From contig CALXXJ010000002.1 in the NCBI GenBank assembly GCA_944392665.1, positions 3,429-67,428 of the forward strand: DNA of 64,000 nucleotides, given 5' to 3'. The translations under genes and the position numbers were made by a program. Positions 30,279-40,419 of the stretch are shown here, piece after piece. The DNA is from an uncultured Clostridia bacterium (GTDB lineage Bacteria > Bacillota > Clostridia > TANB77 > CAG-508). Numbering within the stretch: the stretch's first letter is position 1; every line of letters starts with the position of its first letter. The notes beneath the pieces were generated by a model that saw nothing but the letters and a program-made list of their open reading frames with translations, searched no databases and was not told where the DNA came from.

Positions 30279-31157
30279 CTATTTTTCACCGCAAAATTCG
30301 ACAAAAAATGTTTTTAGCTTTTCAATCACTTTTTCAATACTTTCTTTTGGTGTTGAGGCTCCTGCCATGATTCCTACTTTATCAGTTGATTGTATTCCAT
30401 TAAGCTCTAATTCTGTTTCCTTTTCTATCAATAAAACTGTTTTACAATATTTTTTTGCAATCTCATATAATTTTTTTGTATTTGAGCTATTTTTTCCTCC
30501 AATAACAATCATACAATCTACTTTTTTTGCCATCTCTTCTGTTTCTTTTTGCCTAATTTCTGTTGCTTGACATATAGTATTTTTTATAACCAACTCTATA
30601 TCTCTTGGTAATTCATTTTTTATAATTTCTTCTATAATATAAAATTTTTCTAAACTATATGTTGTCTGTGAAATTACCAATAATTTTTTTATTCCTGACT
30701 TTTCAAGTGCTTCCAAAGCTTTTATGGTATCTTCTTCTTTTTCTATTACAAATTTGTTTTGTCCACAATAGCTTAATGTTCCTATAATTTCTGGATGTTT
30801 CTTATTTCCTAAAAGAAAAATATAATATCCTTTATTAGCATATTCTTCTACAATTTGATGAATTTTTAATACTTTTGGACAAGTATAATCTATTAATTCT
30901 ACCTGTTCTTCTTTAGCCTTTTCATAAATCTGTTTTGGTATTCCATGAGCACGAATAATTGTCTTTCCTTTGGCATCTTCGATACTCTCAATAAATTGCA
31001 TTCCTAGGTTTTCTAATTCTTTAACCACCTCTTGATTATGCACAATTTCTCCTAATCCATATATTGTTTCATTTTTCTTTAATGCTTCCTTTGCTCCATC
31101 TACTGCTCTTTTTACCCCATAGCAAAAACCAGCTGTTTTTCCCACTATTAGTTCCAT
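30279..31157 (-). CDS. ispH: 4-hydroxy-3-methylbut-2-enyl diphosphate reductase
   Basis: AGFCYGVKRA, IVHN, IRAHG, TCP, QTT, TICQAT, GGKNSSNT, AGASTP. Confidence 0.96.
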   Translation of the reverse strand: MELIVGKTAGFCYGVKRAVDGAKEALKKNETIYGLGEIVHNQEVVKELENLGMQFIESIEDAKGKTIIRAHGIPKQIYEKAKEEQVELIDYTCPKVLKIHQIVEEYANKGYYIFLLGNKKHPEIIGTLSYCGQNKFVIEKEEDTIKALEALEKSGIKKLLVISQTTYSLEKFYIIEEIIKNELPRDIELVIKNTICQATEIRQKETEEMAKKVDCMIVIGGKNSSNTKKLYEIAKKYCKTVLLIEKETELELNGIQSTDKVGIMAGASTPKESIEKVIEKLKTFFVEFCGEK

Positions 31158-31193
31158 TTTCTTATTTCTCCCCATTCTACAATATCTAGTTTA

Positions 31194-31260
31194 TTGTATA
31201 GAAAAAATCATCTTTTATCTTGACCCTATATAAGATTTTTTCGTATACAACAAGGTTAAG
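31194..31260. repeat. Hairpin repeat with conserved loop, copy 1 (copy 2 at 55363-55427)
   Basis: TTGTATAGAAAAAATC-atcttttatcttgaccctatataa-GATTTTTTCGTATACAA-caaggttaag. Confidence 0.7.
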
Positions 31261-31264
31261 TTTC

Positions 31265-32320
31265 TTATTTTACCATCTCTAAAATTTCTTCTTTTAATAC
31301 TTCCACAATTTTTTCTTGTGGTACTTTTTTTATAATTTCTCCTTTTTTAAATAGAAGTCCTTCTTTTACACCACCTGCTATCCCTATATCTGCTTCTCTT
31401 GCTTCTCCTGGCCCATTTACTGCACATCCCATGACTGCAACTGTGATATCTGATTCTATTGTACTTAAAAATTCCTCTACCTCTTTAGCCATAGGAATTA
31501 AGTCAATCTGTGTTCTTCCACAAGTAGGACAAGCAACTAATGTTGGCACTTTATGATACAAATTACAATCTTTTAATATTTCTTTTGCCACTTTAATTTC
31601 TTTTACTGGATCATCTGAAAGAGAGACTCTTATGGTATCTCCTATTCCATTTCTCAACATGTATCCTAATCCAATGCTAGACTTTACAGTTCCACTAAAT
31701 TCTGTTCCACTTTCTGTAATCCCTAAATGTAAGGGACAATCGAAAGCTTTTGCTGCTTCTTCATAACTTTCTATACATAAATCTAAATTAGACGCTTTTA
31801 ATGAAATTAAATAATCTTCAAAATCTAATTTTTTCAAAATCTCTATATGTCTATTAGCACTTTCTACCATTGCCTTTGCTGTTGGTTTTCCATATTTCTC
31901 TAATAAATCTTTTTCTAAAGAACCTGCATTTACACCAATTCTAATAGGTATATGATGTTCTTTGCATTGATCTACAACTGCTTTTACTTTGTCTTCACTT
32001 CCAATATTTCCTGGATTAATTCTAACCTTATCTACACCTGCTTTTATAGCCTCTAGTGCAATTCTATAATCAAAATGTATATCTGCAACAATAGGAATAT
32101 GAATTTGTTTTTTGATTTCTTTTATAGCTTTCGCATCTTCCATATCTAATGCTGCTACTCTAATAATTTCACATCCTGCTTTTTCCAAGTCCAATATTTG
32201 CTTCACAGTCGCTTTTATATCTTTTGTTTTTGTATTACACATAGATTGAATAACTACTTTGTTTTGTCCACCTATTTGCACATTTCCTACCATAATTTTT
32301 CTTGTTTTTGTTCGATTCAT
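31265..32320 (-). CDS. ispG: (E)-4-hydroxy-3-methylbut-2-enyl-diphosphate synthase
   Basis: [57 protein letters not shown]. Confidence 0.98.
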   Translation of the reverse strand: MNRTKTRKIMVGNVQIGGQNKVVIQSMCNTKTKDIKATVKQILDLEKAGCEIIRVAALDMEDAKAIKEIKKQIHIPIVADIHFDYRIALEAIKAGVDKVRINPGNIGSEDKVKAVVDQCKEHHIPIRIGVNAGSLEKDLLEKYGKPTAKAMVESANRHIEILKKLDFEDYLISLKASNLDLCIESYEEAAKAFDCPLHLGITESGTEFSGTVKSSIGLGYMLRNGIGDTIRVSLSDDPVKEIKVAKEILKDCNLYHKVPTLVACPTCGRTQIDLIPMAKEVEEFLSTIESDITVAVMGCAVNGPGEAREADIGIAGGVKEGLLFKKGEIIKKVPQEKIVEVLKEEILEMVK

Positions 32321-32354
32321 TTTTTATTCCTTCCTTTTCCATTTTTTTGTCCAA

Positions 32355-32630
32355 TTGGGACGTTTCTGTTTGGACATTTTTTATTTAACATTAATTTTTA
32401 AGAAAAGCAAATGTATTAAATTTTATGAAATTACGAATACAAATAGAAGAATATTAGAAACTCTTAAATTATCTGATAGAAAATTGAAACTTACAGTTCA
32501 AGTTAATTCCTACCCGCTAATTTTAGAATTTTTATTCTACAATGCTCGCCAAATAATAAATAAAATTTAATACATTTGCTTTTTATAAAATGTGAATATA
32601 TTATAAAATGTCCAAACAGAAACGTCCCAA
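32355..32630. repeat. REPIN/MITE-like long inverted-repeat element
   Basis: Outer IR TTGGGACGTTTCTGTTTGGACATTTT / AAAATGTCCAAACAGAAACGTCCCAA; inner IR AAAAGCAAATGTATTAAATTTTA / TAAAATTTAATACATTTGCTTTT. Confidence 0.8.
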
Positions 32631-32637
32631 ATTGTCC

Positions 32638-33372
32638 CTATTTAGAAGCTATATAGTATCCGACTCCTCTTTTAGTTATTAATATTTTTGGTGATGATGT
32701 ATCTTTTTCAATTTTTTCTCTTATTCTTCTTACAGTTACATCTACTGTTCTAATATCTCCATAATATTCATATCCCCAAACTTTTTCTAGTAATGTTTCT
32801 CTTGTAACCACTTGTCCTGGTTGTGATGCCAAAAATTTAATAACCTCAAATTCTCTTACTGTCAAATCAATTATTTCTCCCCTGATTTTTACTTCAAATT
32901 TATCTAAATCTAATTCTAAATCATTAACAATAATTTTATTTTCTTTCTTTTTTGAATTGTCATTATCTATTCTAGTTACAGCAATATTTTCCACTTTTCT
33001 TAAATTTGCTTTTACTCTTGCAATTAATTCTCTAACACTAAATGGTTTTGTTATATAGTCATCTGCTCCTAACTCTAATCCTAATATTTTATCGATTTCA
33101 CTATCTTTTGCTGTTAACATTAAAATTGGTACATTATATGAATTTTTTATTCTTTTACATACAGATAATCCATCCATTTTTGGAAGCATAATATCTAACA
33201 AAATTAAATCTGGATATTGCTCTAAAGCAATATTTAGTGCTGTTACCCCATCACTTGCTTCAATGACATTATATCCTTCTTTTTTTAAATTATATACTAA
33301 TATTTCTCTTATTGGTTGTTCATCATCAACAATCAAAATTGTTTTTTGATCTCTATCCATTTCTTCTTCCAC
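32638..33372 (-). CDS. OmpR-family response regulator, WalR/YycF-like
   Basis: ILIVDDE, LLDIMLP, LTAKDSEIDKILGLELGADDYITKPFS, VWGYEYYGDIRTVDVTVRRIREKIE. Confidence 0.92.
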   Translation of the reverse strand: MEEEMDRDQKTILIVDDEQPIREILVYNLKKEGYNVIEASDGVTALNIALEQYPDLILLDIMLPKMDGLSVCKRIKNSYNVPILMLTAKDSEIDKILGLELGADDYITKPFSVRELIARVKANLRKVENIAVTRIDNDNSKKKENKIIVNDLELDLDKFEVKIRGEIIDLTVREFEVIKFLASQPGQVVTRETLLEKVWGYEYYGDIRTVDVTVRRIREKIEKDTSSPKILITKRGVGYYIASK

Positions 33373-33465
33373 AAAAACTCCGCCTTTCTTCCTTAGCTTT
33401 ATTTTCATACTTATATTTATATCACAATTATTTTCATTATACAAGTAATTTGTTAAAAAATCTTT

Positions 33466-33845
33466 GTTGGGGACGTGCCAAATCGTTCAAAAATTGAACA
33501 AAAGGGACAGACCATAACCCGACTGAGGTGGAACATCTATTATATAAAGGAAAGAATCGATTTTGCGTATCTAAATTTGAATTTAGAAAGAACCAATAAA
33601 AATGTGAGGGATGTTCATTTTTAATGAAAGCGACTCACATTTTTATTGTGTTATTGTCTTAGACAACAAGGTTCTGGGGTACCCGACTGTAATCTTTGAT
33701 TGCTATGTCGGGTCAGGTTCTTATTTCTATGAAAATTTAGCTTATACAAAATCGTGAGTAACTTTATATAATAGATGATCTACCTCAGTCAGGTTATGGT
33801 CTGTCCCTTTTGTTCAATTTTTGAACGATTTGGCACGTCCCCAAC
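33466..33845. repeat. 380-bp foldback element (REP-capped giant hairpin)
   Basis: About 84-bp near-perfect terminal inverted repeats, further imperfect stem, three apical hairpins. Confidence 0.85.
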
Positions 33846-33939
33846 GTTTCATCTGTCCTTTTAGTCAAATCTATTGACATTCAGACTATTTAGGCATATA
33901 CTAAAGGCGTAAAATTTTAGTAAAAGGAGGCAATTAAGA

Positions 33940-34521
33940 ATGGATAACATGATAGAAATTAGATGGCATGGTAGAGGTGGTCAAGGTGCCAAAACAGCAT
34001 CTTTATTATTAGCTGATGCAGCTTTTAATACTGGTAAATATATTCAAGGATTTCCTGAATATGGTCCTGAAAGAATGGGTGCCCCTATCACTGCATACAA
34101 CAGAATTAGTAAAACACCTATCACGATTCATAGTAATATTTATGAACCTGATTATGTGGTAGTTGTGGATGACACGCTTTTAGAATCAGTTGATGTTACT
34201 TCTGGTTTGAAAGAAACAGGAGCAATTGTTATTAACACAACAAAATCTGATGAATATCTAAAAAAAGCGTTAAAAGGATATTCTGGAGAAGTTTACACAA
34301 TTGACGCTAGAAAAATTTCAGAGGAGGCTTTAGGAAGATACTTCCCAAATACACCTATGTTAGCCGCAATTGTAAAAGTAAGTAAAATCATGACTGATGA
34401 TGAATTATTAGAAGATATGAAGGGATCTTTTAAACATAAATTTGCTAAAAAGCCTGAGGTTATAGACGGAAATATGAAAGCTTTAGAGATGGCTTTAAAA
34501 GAGGTTAAAAAAATTCAATAA
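33940..34521 (+). CDS. porC: Pyruvate/2-oxoacid:ferredoxin oxidoreductase gamma subunit
   Basis: EIRWHGRGGQGAKT, FPEYGPERMGAP. Confidence 0.93.
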   Translation: MDNMIEIRWHGRGGQGAKTASLLLADAAFNTGKYIQGFPEYGPERMGAPITAYNRISKTPITIHSNIYEPDYVVVVDDTLLESVDVTSGLKETGAIVINTTKSDEYLKKALKGYSGEVYTIDARKISEEALGRYFPNTPMLAAIVKVSKIMTDDELLEDMKGSFKHKFAKKPEVIDGNMKALEMALKEVKKIQ

Positions 34522-34613
34522 GGAAAGCATGCATACCGAAATCAAAGATTTCTATGCATATATGTGAAGACTGCTCCGCAGTACTGAATTTTAAGAAAGG
34601 AATGATGTAAAAA

Positions 34614-34916
34614 ATGACAGATATAAATGCAAACACTCCTATGGAGAAATTAACTCCTGGTGGTGATATTTATACTGCTGGAAATGCAAGAGAATTTAAA
34701 ACAGGTGACTGGAGAAGTTCTTATCCTGTATTTCTATCTGATAAATGCAAACAATGTGGTTTATGCTTCCCTGTTTGTCCAGAAGATGCTATTCCAGTAG
34801 GAAAAGAAGATTTAAAAAGAAAAGATTTCAATTATGATTACTGTAAAGGTTGTGGTGTATGTGCCAAAGTATGTCCTTTCGGTGCTATTGAAATGAGAGA
34901 GGAAGGTGTTGAATAA
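34614..34916 (+). CDS. porD: Pyruvate/2-oxoacid:ferredoxin oxidoreductase delta subunit
   Basis: KTGDWR, two CxxCxxCxxxCP motifs. Confidence 0.93.
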   Translation: MTDINANTPMEKLTPGGDIYTAGNAREFKTGDWRSSYPVFLSDKCKQCGLCFPVCPEDAIPVGKEDLKRKDFNYDYCKGCGVCAKVCPFGAIEMREEGVE

Positions 34917-34917
34917 T

Positions 34918-36111
34918 ATGAGTATTAGAGAAAGATTAAGTGGTAATGAAGCAGCAGCAACTGCTATGAAACAAATTAATCCAGATGTTGTCGCAGCCTT
35001 CCCTATTACACCTTCAACAGAAATTCCTCAATACTTCTCAACTTTTGTTGATAATGGTCTTGTGGATACAGAATTTGTTGCTGTTGAAAGTGAACATAGT
35101 GCTATGAGTGCTTGTATTGGTGCAGAAGCCGCAGGAGCAAGAGCTATGACAGCTACATCTGCTAATGGATTATCTTTAATGTGGGAAATGATCTATATTG
35201 CTTCTAGTTTACGTTTACCTATTGTTATGTCTTTAGTAAACAGAGCTGTATCAGGACCTTTAAACATTCATAATGACCATTCAGATGCTATGGGTGTTAG
35301 AGATGCTGGTTGGATTATGTTATTTTCAGAAAACAACCAAGAAGCTTATGATAACCTTTTAATGGCACATAAAATTGCAGAAAATAAAAATGTTATGCTT
35401 CCATTAATGGTATGCCAAGATGGATTTATTACTTCTCATTCTATTGAAAATATAGAACTAGTTGAAGATGATAAAGTAAAAGAATTTGTTGGAACATATA
35501 AACCAGAACATTATTTATTAAATAAAAATGAACCAATTGCTGTTGGTCCATTAGATTTACAAGCTTATCTATTTGAACATAAAGCTGGGCAAGCAGAAGC
35601 TATGAAAAATGCAAAACAAGTGATTTTAGATGTAGCAAAAGATTTTGAAAAAATGACTGGCAGAAAATATAGTCTTTTTGAAGAATATAAATTAGATGAT
35701 GCAGAAATTGCTATTGTTTGTATGAACTCAACAGCTGGTACTACAAAATTTGTTGTTGACAAGTTAAGAGAACAAGGTGTAAAAGCAGGTTTATTAAAAC
35801 TTCGTGTATTTAGACCATTCCCAGTAGAAGAAATTGCAAAAGCATTATCACATCTAAAAGCAATTGCTGTATTAGATAAAGCGGATTCTTTAAATGCTGC
35901 TGGTGGTGCTTTATTTGAAGATGTTACATCTGCTATGTATGTAAACAATATTCATGTACCTGCAGTTAACTATGTGTATGGTATTGGTGGTAGAGATACA
36001 AAAGCTGATGACATTGAAAGTGTATATACAGATTTATCAGAAATCGTAAAAACTGGAAAAATAGATAATCCTTATCGTTATTTAGGATTAAGAAAGGAAG
36101 GTGACAAATAA
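34918..36111 (+). CDS. porA: Pyruvate/2-oxoacid:ferredoxin oxidoreductase alpha subunit
   Basis: SGNEAAA, FPITPSTE, VESEHSAMSAC, TATSANGL, RPFP. Confidence 0.94.
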   Translation: MSIRERLSGNEAAATAMKQINPDVVAAFPITPSTEIPQYFSTFVDNGLVDTEFVAVESEHSAMSACIGAEAAGARAMTATSANGLSLMWEMIYIASSLRLPIVMSLVNRAVSGPLNIHNDHSDAMGVRDAGWIMLFSENNQEAYDNLLMAHKIAENKNVMLPLMVCQDGFITSHSIENIELVEDDKVKEFVGTYKPEHYLLNKNEPIAVGPLDLQAYLFEHKAGQAEAMKNAKQVILDVAKDFEKMTGRKYSLFEEYKLDDAEIAIVCMNSTAGTTKFVVDKLREQGVKAGLLKLRVFRPFPVEEIAKALSHLKAIAVLDKADSLNAAGGALFEDVTSAMYVNNIHVPAVNYVYGIGGRDTKADDIESVYTDLSEIVKTGKIDNPYRYLGLRKEGDK

Positions 36112-37067
36112 TGCCTTATAATGTAAAAGAAATCGTTGCGAATAAACCTTCAAGATTTACTTCTGGACATAGAATGTGTGCTGGTTGTGGAGCTCCTCCT
36201 GTTGCTAGACATATTATGAGAGCTTTAAAACCAGAAGATCATGCAGTTGTTGCCAATGCTACTGGATGTATGGAAGTTTCTACTTTTATTTATCCATATA
36301 CTGCTTGGACAGATTCATTTATACATACAGCTTTTGAATGTGCAGGTGCTACACTTGCAGGAGCAGAAGCAGCTTATGTTTCTATGAAAAAACAAGGAAA
36401 ATTGCCAGCTGATGGTGATACAAAATTCATCGCTTTTGGTGGAGATGGTGGAACATATGATATCGGTTTACAATCTTTATCAGGTGCTATGGAAAGAGGA
36501 CATGATTTGGTTTATGTATGTTATGATAATGGTGCATACATGAATACAGGTATTCAACGTTCTTCTGCAACACCTAAATATGCAGATACCACTACCTCAC
36601 CTGCTGGAACCGTTATTCCTGGAAAAACACAATGTAGAAAAGATTTAAGTAAAATCATGGTAGGACATCATATTCCTTATGTTGCTCAAACCATTGCTTA
36701 TATGAATTTTAAAGATTTATATGAAAAAGCTGAAAAAGCCATTTATACAGAAGGTCCTGCATTCTTAAATGTAATGTCACCATGCCCTAGAGGATGGGGA
36801 TATCCAACAGAAGATTTAATGAAAATCAACAAACTTGCTGTTGAAACATGCTATTGGCCTTTATATGAAGTTGTTAATGGTGTATATCATATTTCATATA
36901 AACCTGCTAAAAAATTACCAATTGAAGAATTCTTAAAACCACAAAAAAGATTTAGACATATGTTTAAACCTGGCAATGAGTGGATGATTGAAGATTTCCA
37001 AAGAATTGTTGATGAAAGATGGCAAGAATTATTAGATTTAGAAGAAATCACAAATAAGAATAAATAA
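36111..37067 (+). CDS. porB: Pyruvate/2-oxoacid:ferredoxin oxidoreductase beta subunit (TPP-binding)
   Basis: GHRMCAGCG, ATGC, GGDGG...DNGAYMNTGIQRS, SPCPRGW. Confidence 0.94.
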   Translation: MPYNVKEIVANKPSRFTSGHRMCAGCGAPPVARHIMRALKPEDHAVVANATGCMEVSTFIYPYTAWTDSFIHTAFECAGATLAGAEAAYVSMKKQGKLPADGDTKFIAFGGDGGTYDIGLQSLSGAMERGHDLVYVCYDNGAYMNTGIQRSSATPKYADTTTSPAGTVIPGKTQCRKDLSKIMVGHHIPYVAQTIAYMNFKDLYEKAEKAIYTEGPAFLNVMSPCPRGWGYPTEDLMKINKLAVETCYWPLYEVVNGVYHISYKPAKKLPIEEFLKPQKRFRHMFKPGNEWMIEDFQRIVDERWQELLDLEEITNKNK

Positions 37068-37074
37068 CTAAAAA

Positions 37075-37108
37075 AGGGATTTTGGGGACGGACTCAAAAT
37101 TCCCTTTT
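37075..37108. repeat. GGGGACGGACTCA REP-like element, copy 2 (probable terminator)
   Basis: AGGGATTTTGGGGACGGACTCAAAATTCCCTTTT between convergent porB and thiN. Confidence 0.75.
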
Positions 37109-37217
37109 TTAATTATAAATCAAAAAAATTCTGAAAAGATATATTCATTTAAAATATACTATATGTCTTTCAGAATTTTTCCTTTACATCACACATATCA
37201 ACAACTGTATTTTCTTT

Positions 37218-37866
37218 TTAATCTTTACTTTCTATTACTATCAAAATTCCTTTTTCCATTTCAATATGTGCTATATCCTCAATTATTTCATTGCTAATTC
37301 CTAAACTAGTTCCAATTGGTAAATTGTATCTATTTAAAGGATATTTAAAACCTTTTAAAGTTAATCCTTCTACTGTACTAGTTAACGGAATTAGTGATAT
37401 GTATTTTCCATAAACTTTATCTTTTTCTAAAGTCTTTTCTGCATTAATTAAATAGATTCGATTATAGCCATCGATAATCTGGCATGGAATATTGGCTTCT
37501 AATGCATCTTTTAATATGTGAATATTAGCAAGTGCATGATCCATTCTCTTCCCTAATGCTCCTAAAATGGTAATCTCAGAACTTTTCATTTGAATTGCCA
37601 ACTTTAATGCAATATCTGTATCTGTATTATCTTTTTCAGAATTAAATGTATGAAAAATAATTTTCGGTTGCTTTTTATAAAATTCTAGTATTTCAGGAGA
37701 AACTGAATCAAAATCTCCTACTACATGATTTGGTATTATCTTTAATTGATATAATGCCTCTAATCCTCTATCTCCTGCAATTACATTTTGACCGTACATG
37801 TTTTTCACAATATATTTTTAATTCTTCAATATTTATATCTCCACCTGACACGATTAATGTTTCCAT
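37218..37866 (-). CDS. thiN: Thiamine pyrophosphokinase; N-terminus joined by a +1 shift at CGG 37794-37792
   Basis: RBS AAGGAG, ATG 37866: METLIVSGGDINIEELKIYCEKHV, then C-GGT, +1 frame GQNVIAGDRGLEAL...VGDFDSV...EKDNTDTDIAL...GALGKRMDHALAN...LGISNE. Confidence 0.88.
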
Positions 37867-37973
37867 TTCTTTCTCCTTTTCATAACCAATTTTTTTCTAT
37901 AAGAAAAAGCCATGATAAATTCTAACTAGGAATGCATCATGGTTTTATACTTTTTTATCATGTCTATGTAATC

Positions 37974-38144
37974 TTATTCTTCCTCTGGTGCTTCTACAGG
38001 ACAAACACCTGCGCAAGTTCCACAACTGATACAAGCTGATTGATCAATTACAAATTTATCATCTCCTTGTGATATACATTGTACTGGACATTCTGCAGCA
38101 CAAGCTCCACATGATATACATTTATCTGTTATTTTATATGCCAT
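37974..38144 (-). CDS. 2[4Fe-4S] clostridial-type ferredoxin (56 aa, below ORF-track cutoff)
   Basis: MAYKITDKCISCGACAAECPVQCISQGDDKFVIDQSACISCGTCAGVCPVEAPEEE*; RBS AAGGAGGTG. Confidence 0.95.
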   Translation of the reverse strand: MAYKITDKCISCGACAAECPVQCISQGDDKFVIDQSACISCGTCAGVCPVEAPEEE

Positions 38145-38257
38145 TATATTCACCTCCTTTAATTTCTTGTTTCTCTATTGTTTCTATGTTTTGATTCTTT
38201 ATTTATTCCTTCTTTTTATGACTGTTGTTTAGTGTTGGTGTTTGGTGTTTTTTCTTT

Positions 38258-39169
38258 CTATTCTTCTCTCATTCCTTCATCTTCTTTTTCTAATTTTTCT
38301 AACTCTTCTAATTCTTTCTGATGTTCTATTTCTTCTTTATCTAATCTTTCTTTTTCTGCATCTTTAATTACTTTGATATCTTTTACATCATATCTTCTAT
38401 AAATATATGTGTCTCCATCTTTAATTTTTACTCTTACTCTTTCTTTAAGGGTTTCTATAGAATCAACTTCTCCCTCACCTTCTTCTGTTTTTACGATTGC
38501 TCCGATATGTGGTAATTTTTTTAATTTTTCTTCATAAACTTCACTTTCATATTTTAAGCAACACATTAGTCTTCCACAGTTTCCAGATATTTTTGAAGGA
38601 TTTAATGAGATATTTTGTTCTTTTGCCATTTTGATAGATACAGCTTCGAAATCATTTAAGAATGTGCAACAACATAATTCTCTTCCACATACACCATTTC
38701 CACCAATTTTTCTTACTTCATCTCTTACTCCAATTTGTCTTAATTCTATTCTTGTTTTATATATGGCTGCTAAGTCTTTTACCAATTCTCTAAAATCAAT
38801 TCTTCCATCTGCTGTAAAATAAAATAAGATTTTACTATTATCAAATTTTACTTCTACATCTGTTAATGTCATTTCTAATCCATGTTCTTTTATTTTCTTT
38901 TTACATACTTCAAAGGCTTTTTTCTCTAAAACTCTACATTCATCATAATGTTTATAATCTTTTCCATTGGCAATTCTAACAACAACCTTTAAAGGCTCTA
39001 CAATTTTATCTTCTGGAACAGTTCTATTTGGAATTATAACCTCTCCAAATTCTTCTCCCTGTGCTGTTTCTACAATAACCTTGTCACCTTTTTTTAATTT
39101 CCATTTTTTTGGGTTAAAGAAATAGATTTTTCCTAATTTCTTAAATCTTACGCCTACAATATCTTTCAA
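38258..39169 (-). CDS. yaaT: PSP1 / stage 0 sporulation family protein (YaaT/RicT)
   Basis: FYFTADGRIDFRELVKDLA, RIELRQIGVRDE, GVCGRELCC, KISGNCGRLMCCLKYE; follows holB. Confidence 0.92.
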   Translation of the reverse strand: MKDIVGVRFKKLGKIYFFNPKKWKLKKGDKVIVETAQGEEFGEVIIPNRTVPEDKIVEPLKVVVRIANGKDYKHYDECRVLEKKAFEVCKKKIKEHGLEMTLTDVEVKFDNSKILFYFTADGRIDFRELVKDLAAIYKTRIELRQIGVRDEVRKIGGNGVCGRELCCCTFLNDFEAVSIKMAKEQNISLNPSKISGNCGRLMCCLKYESEVYEEKLKKLPHIGAIVKTEEGEGEVDSIETLKERVRVKIKDGDTYIYRRYDVKDIKVIKDAEKERLDKEEIEHQKELEELEKLEKEDEGMREE

Positions 39170-40059
39170 TTTACTTCCTCCCACATATTAAATATCATGT
39201 TATCTATACACATATCATAATTTGCATTTTGATTCAATCTTTTTTTGGTATTTTCTATTATATCAATACAATTTGCATATTGTGTGTTTTCTTTTGCTAA
39301 TTTTAATAAGATTATATTTATATAATCTAATATATTCATAATTTCATCTTTAGATTGATATAGTGGTTCCCCTAATTTTATCAATTCTGTCATATCTGTT
39401 TTGTCTAATTTTTCTATCATAGCTTCAATATTCTCATATTCTTCTCTTTTATATTTTAATATGATAGCTTTCCCGATACTTCCTTGAAATGCTTCTAACA
39501 TATTTTGACTAATATTTGTTAGTCCATATGTTTTTTCCATATATTGCTTTATATATTTTGCTTCAATAGGTTGAAATGCAATTTTCATACATCTTGATTT
39601 AATCGTATTTAAGAATGCATTTTCATTACTACCTATCAATATGATTGTACTATATTCTGGTGGTTCTTCTAATGTTTTTAATAAACAGTTTTGAGCTTCA
39701 GTTGTCATTTTATCGGCATCATTGATGATATATACTTTTTTATTAGAAATAATTGGTTTTTCTTGTATCTTTCTTTGTAAATATCGAATTTGTTCAATTT
39801 TTATACTATTCCCATCTGGTTCTAAGTATAAAAAATCAGGATGATTATTAGATATAAATTCAATACAAGATTTACATTGATGACATCCTTTTTCATTTTC
39901 GTTTGTGCATAATATAATCTGAGCAAAACTTTTTGCCATCATTTGTTTCCCAATACCTTCTATTCCTACAAACATATAGCTATGAGACACTTTATTTTCA
40001 ACTACAGCTCTTTCTAACTCTTTTTTTATTTGTTCATTTCCTATAATCTCATCAAACAT
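39166..40059 (-). CDS. holB: DNA polymerase III delta' subunit
   Basis: SHSYMFVGIEGIGK, C-x-x-C zinc motif, NHPDF, AQNCLLKTLEEPP, TIKSRC. Confidence 0.92.
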   Translation of the reverse strand: MFDEIIGNEQIKKELERAVVENKVSHSYMFVGIEGIGKQMMAKSFAQIILCTNENEKGCHQCKSCIEFISNNHPDFLYLEPDGNSIKIEQIRYLQRKIQEKPIISNKKVYIINDADKMTTEAQNCLLKTLEEPPEYSTIILIGSNENAFLNTIKSRCMKIAFQPIEAKYIKQYMEKTYGLTNISQNMLEAFQGSIGKAIILKYKREEYENIEAMIEKLDKTDMTELIKLGEPLYQSKDEIMNILDYINIILLKLAKENTQYANCIDIIENTKKRLNQNANYDMCIDNMIFNMWEEVN

Positions 40060-40157
40060 CAATGATTTCGCTCCTTTTTTCAATCATTATTATTATATAA
40101 TAAAACAATTGATTTTTCAATAACTAAAAACATTTCCATCTAAATTCTCTAAAAAAG

Positions 40158-40390
40158 TGTTACCATTTCCCCCTTCCAATCTGAGAGGAATGATATCTTA
40201 TATTTTTAAGGTTCTCGGCTACCCTCCAATTCCCGTTTAAGAAATTCTAATATCTAAATCATAACAATACCCGAAGACAGGACCCTTTACGATTTAGATA
40301 TAAGAATTTCTAAAACTATTCCGGTCGCATTCGAACATTTAAAAATATAAGATATCATTCCTCTCAGATTGGAAAGGCAAAATGGTAACA
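40158..40390. repeat. Long two-stem hairpin element
   Basis: Outer IR TTCCAATCTGAGAGGAATGATATCTTATATTTTTAA and complement; inner IR AGAAATTCTAATATCTAAATC and near-complement. Confidence 0.8.
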
Positions 40391-40419
40391 AAAAAATAGA
40401 GACCTTACATCTCTATCTT

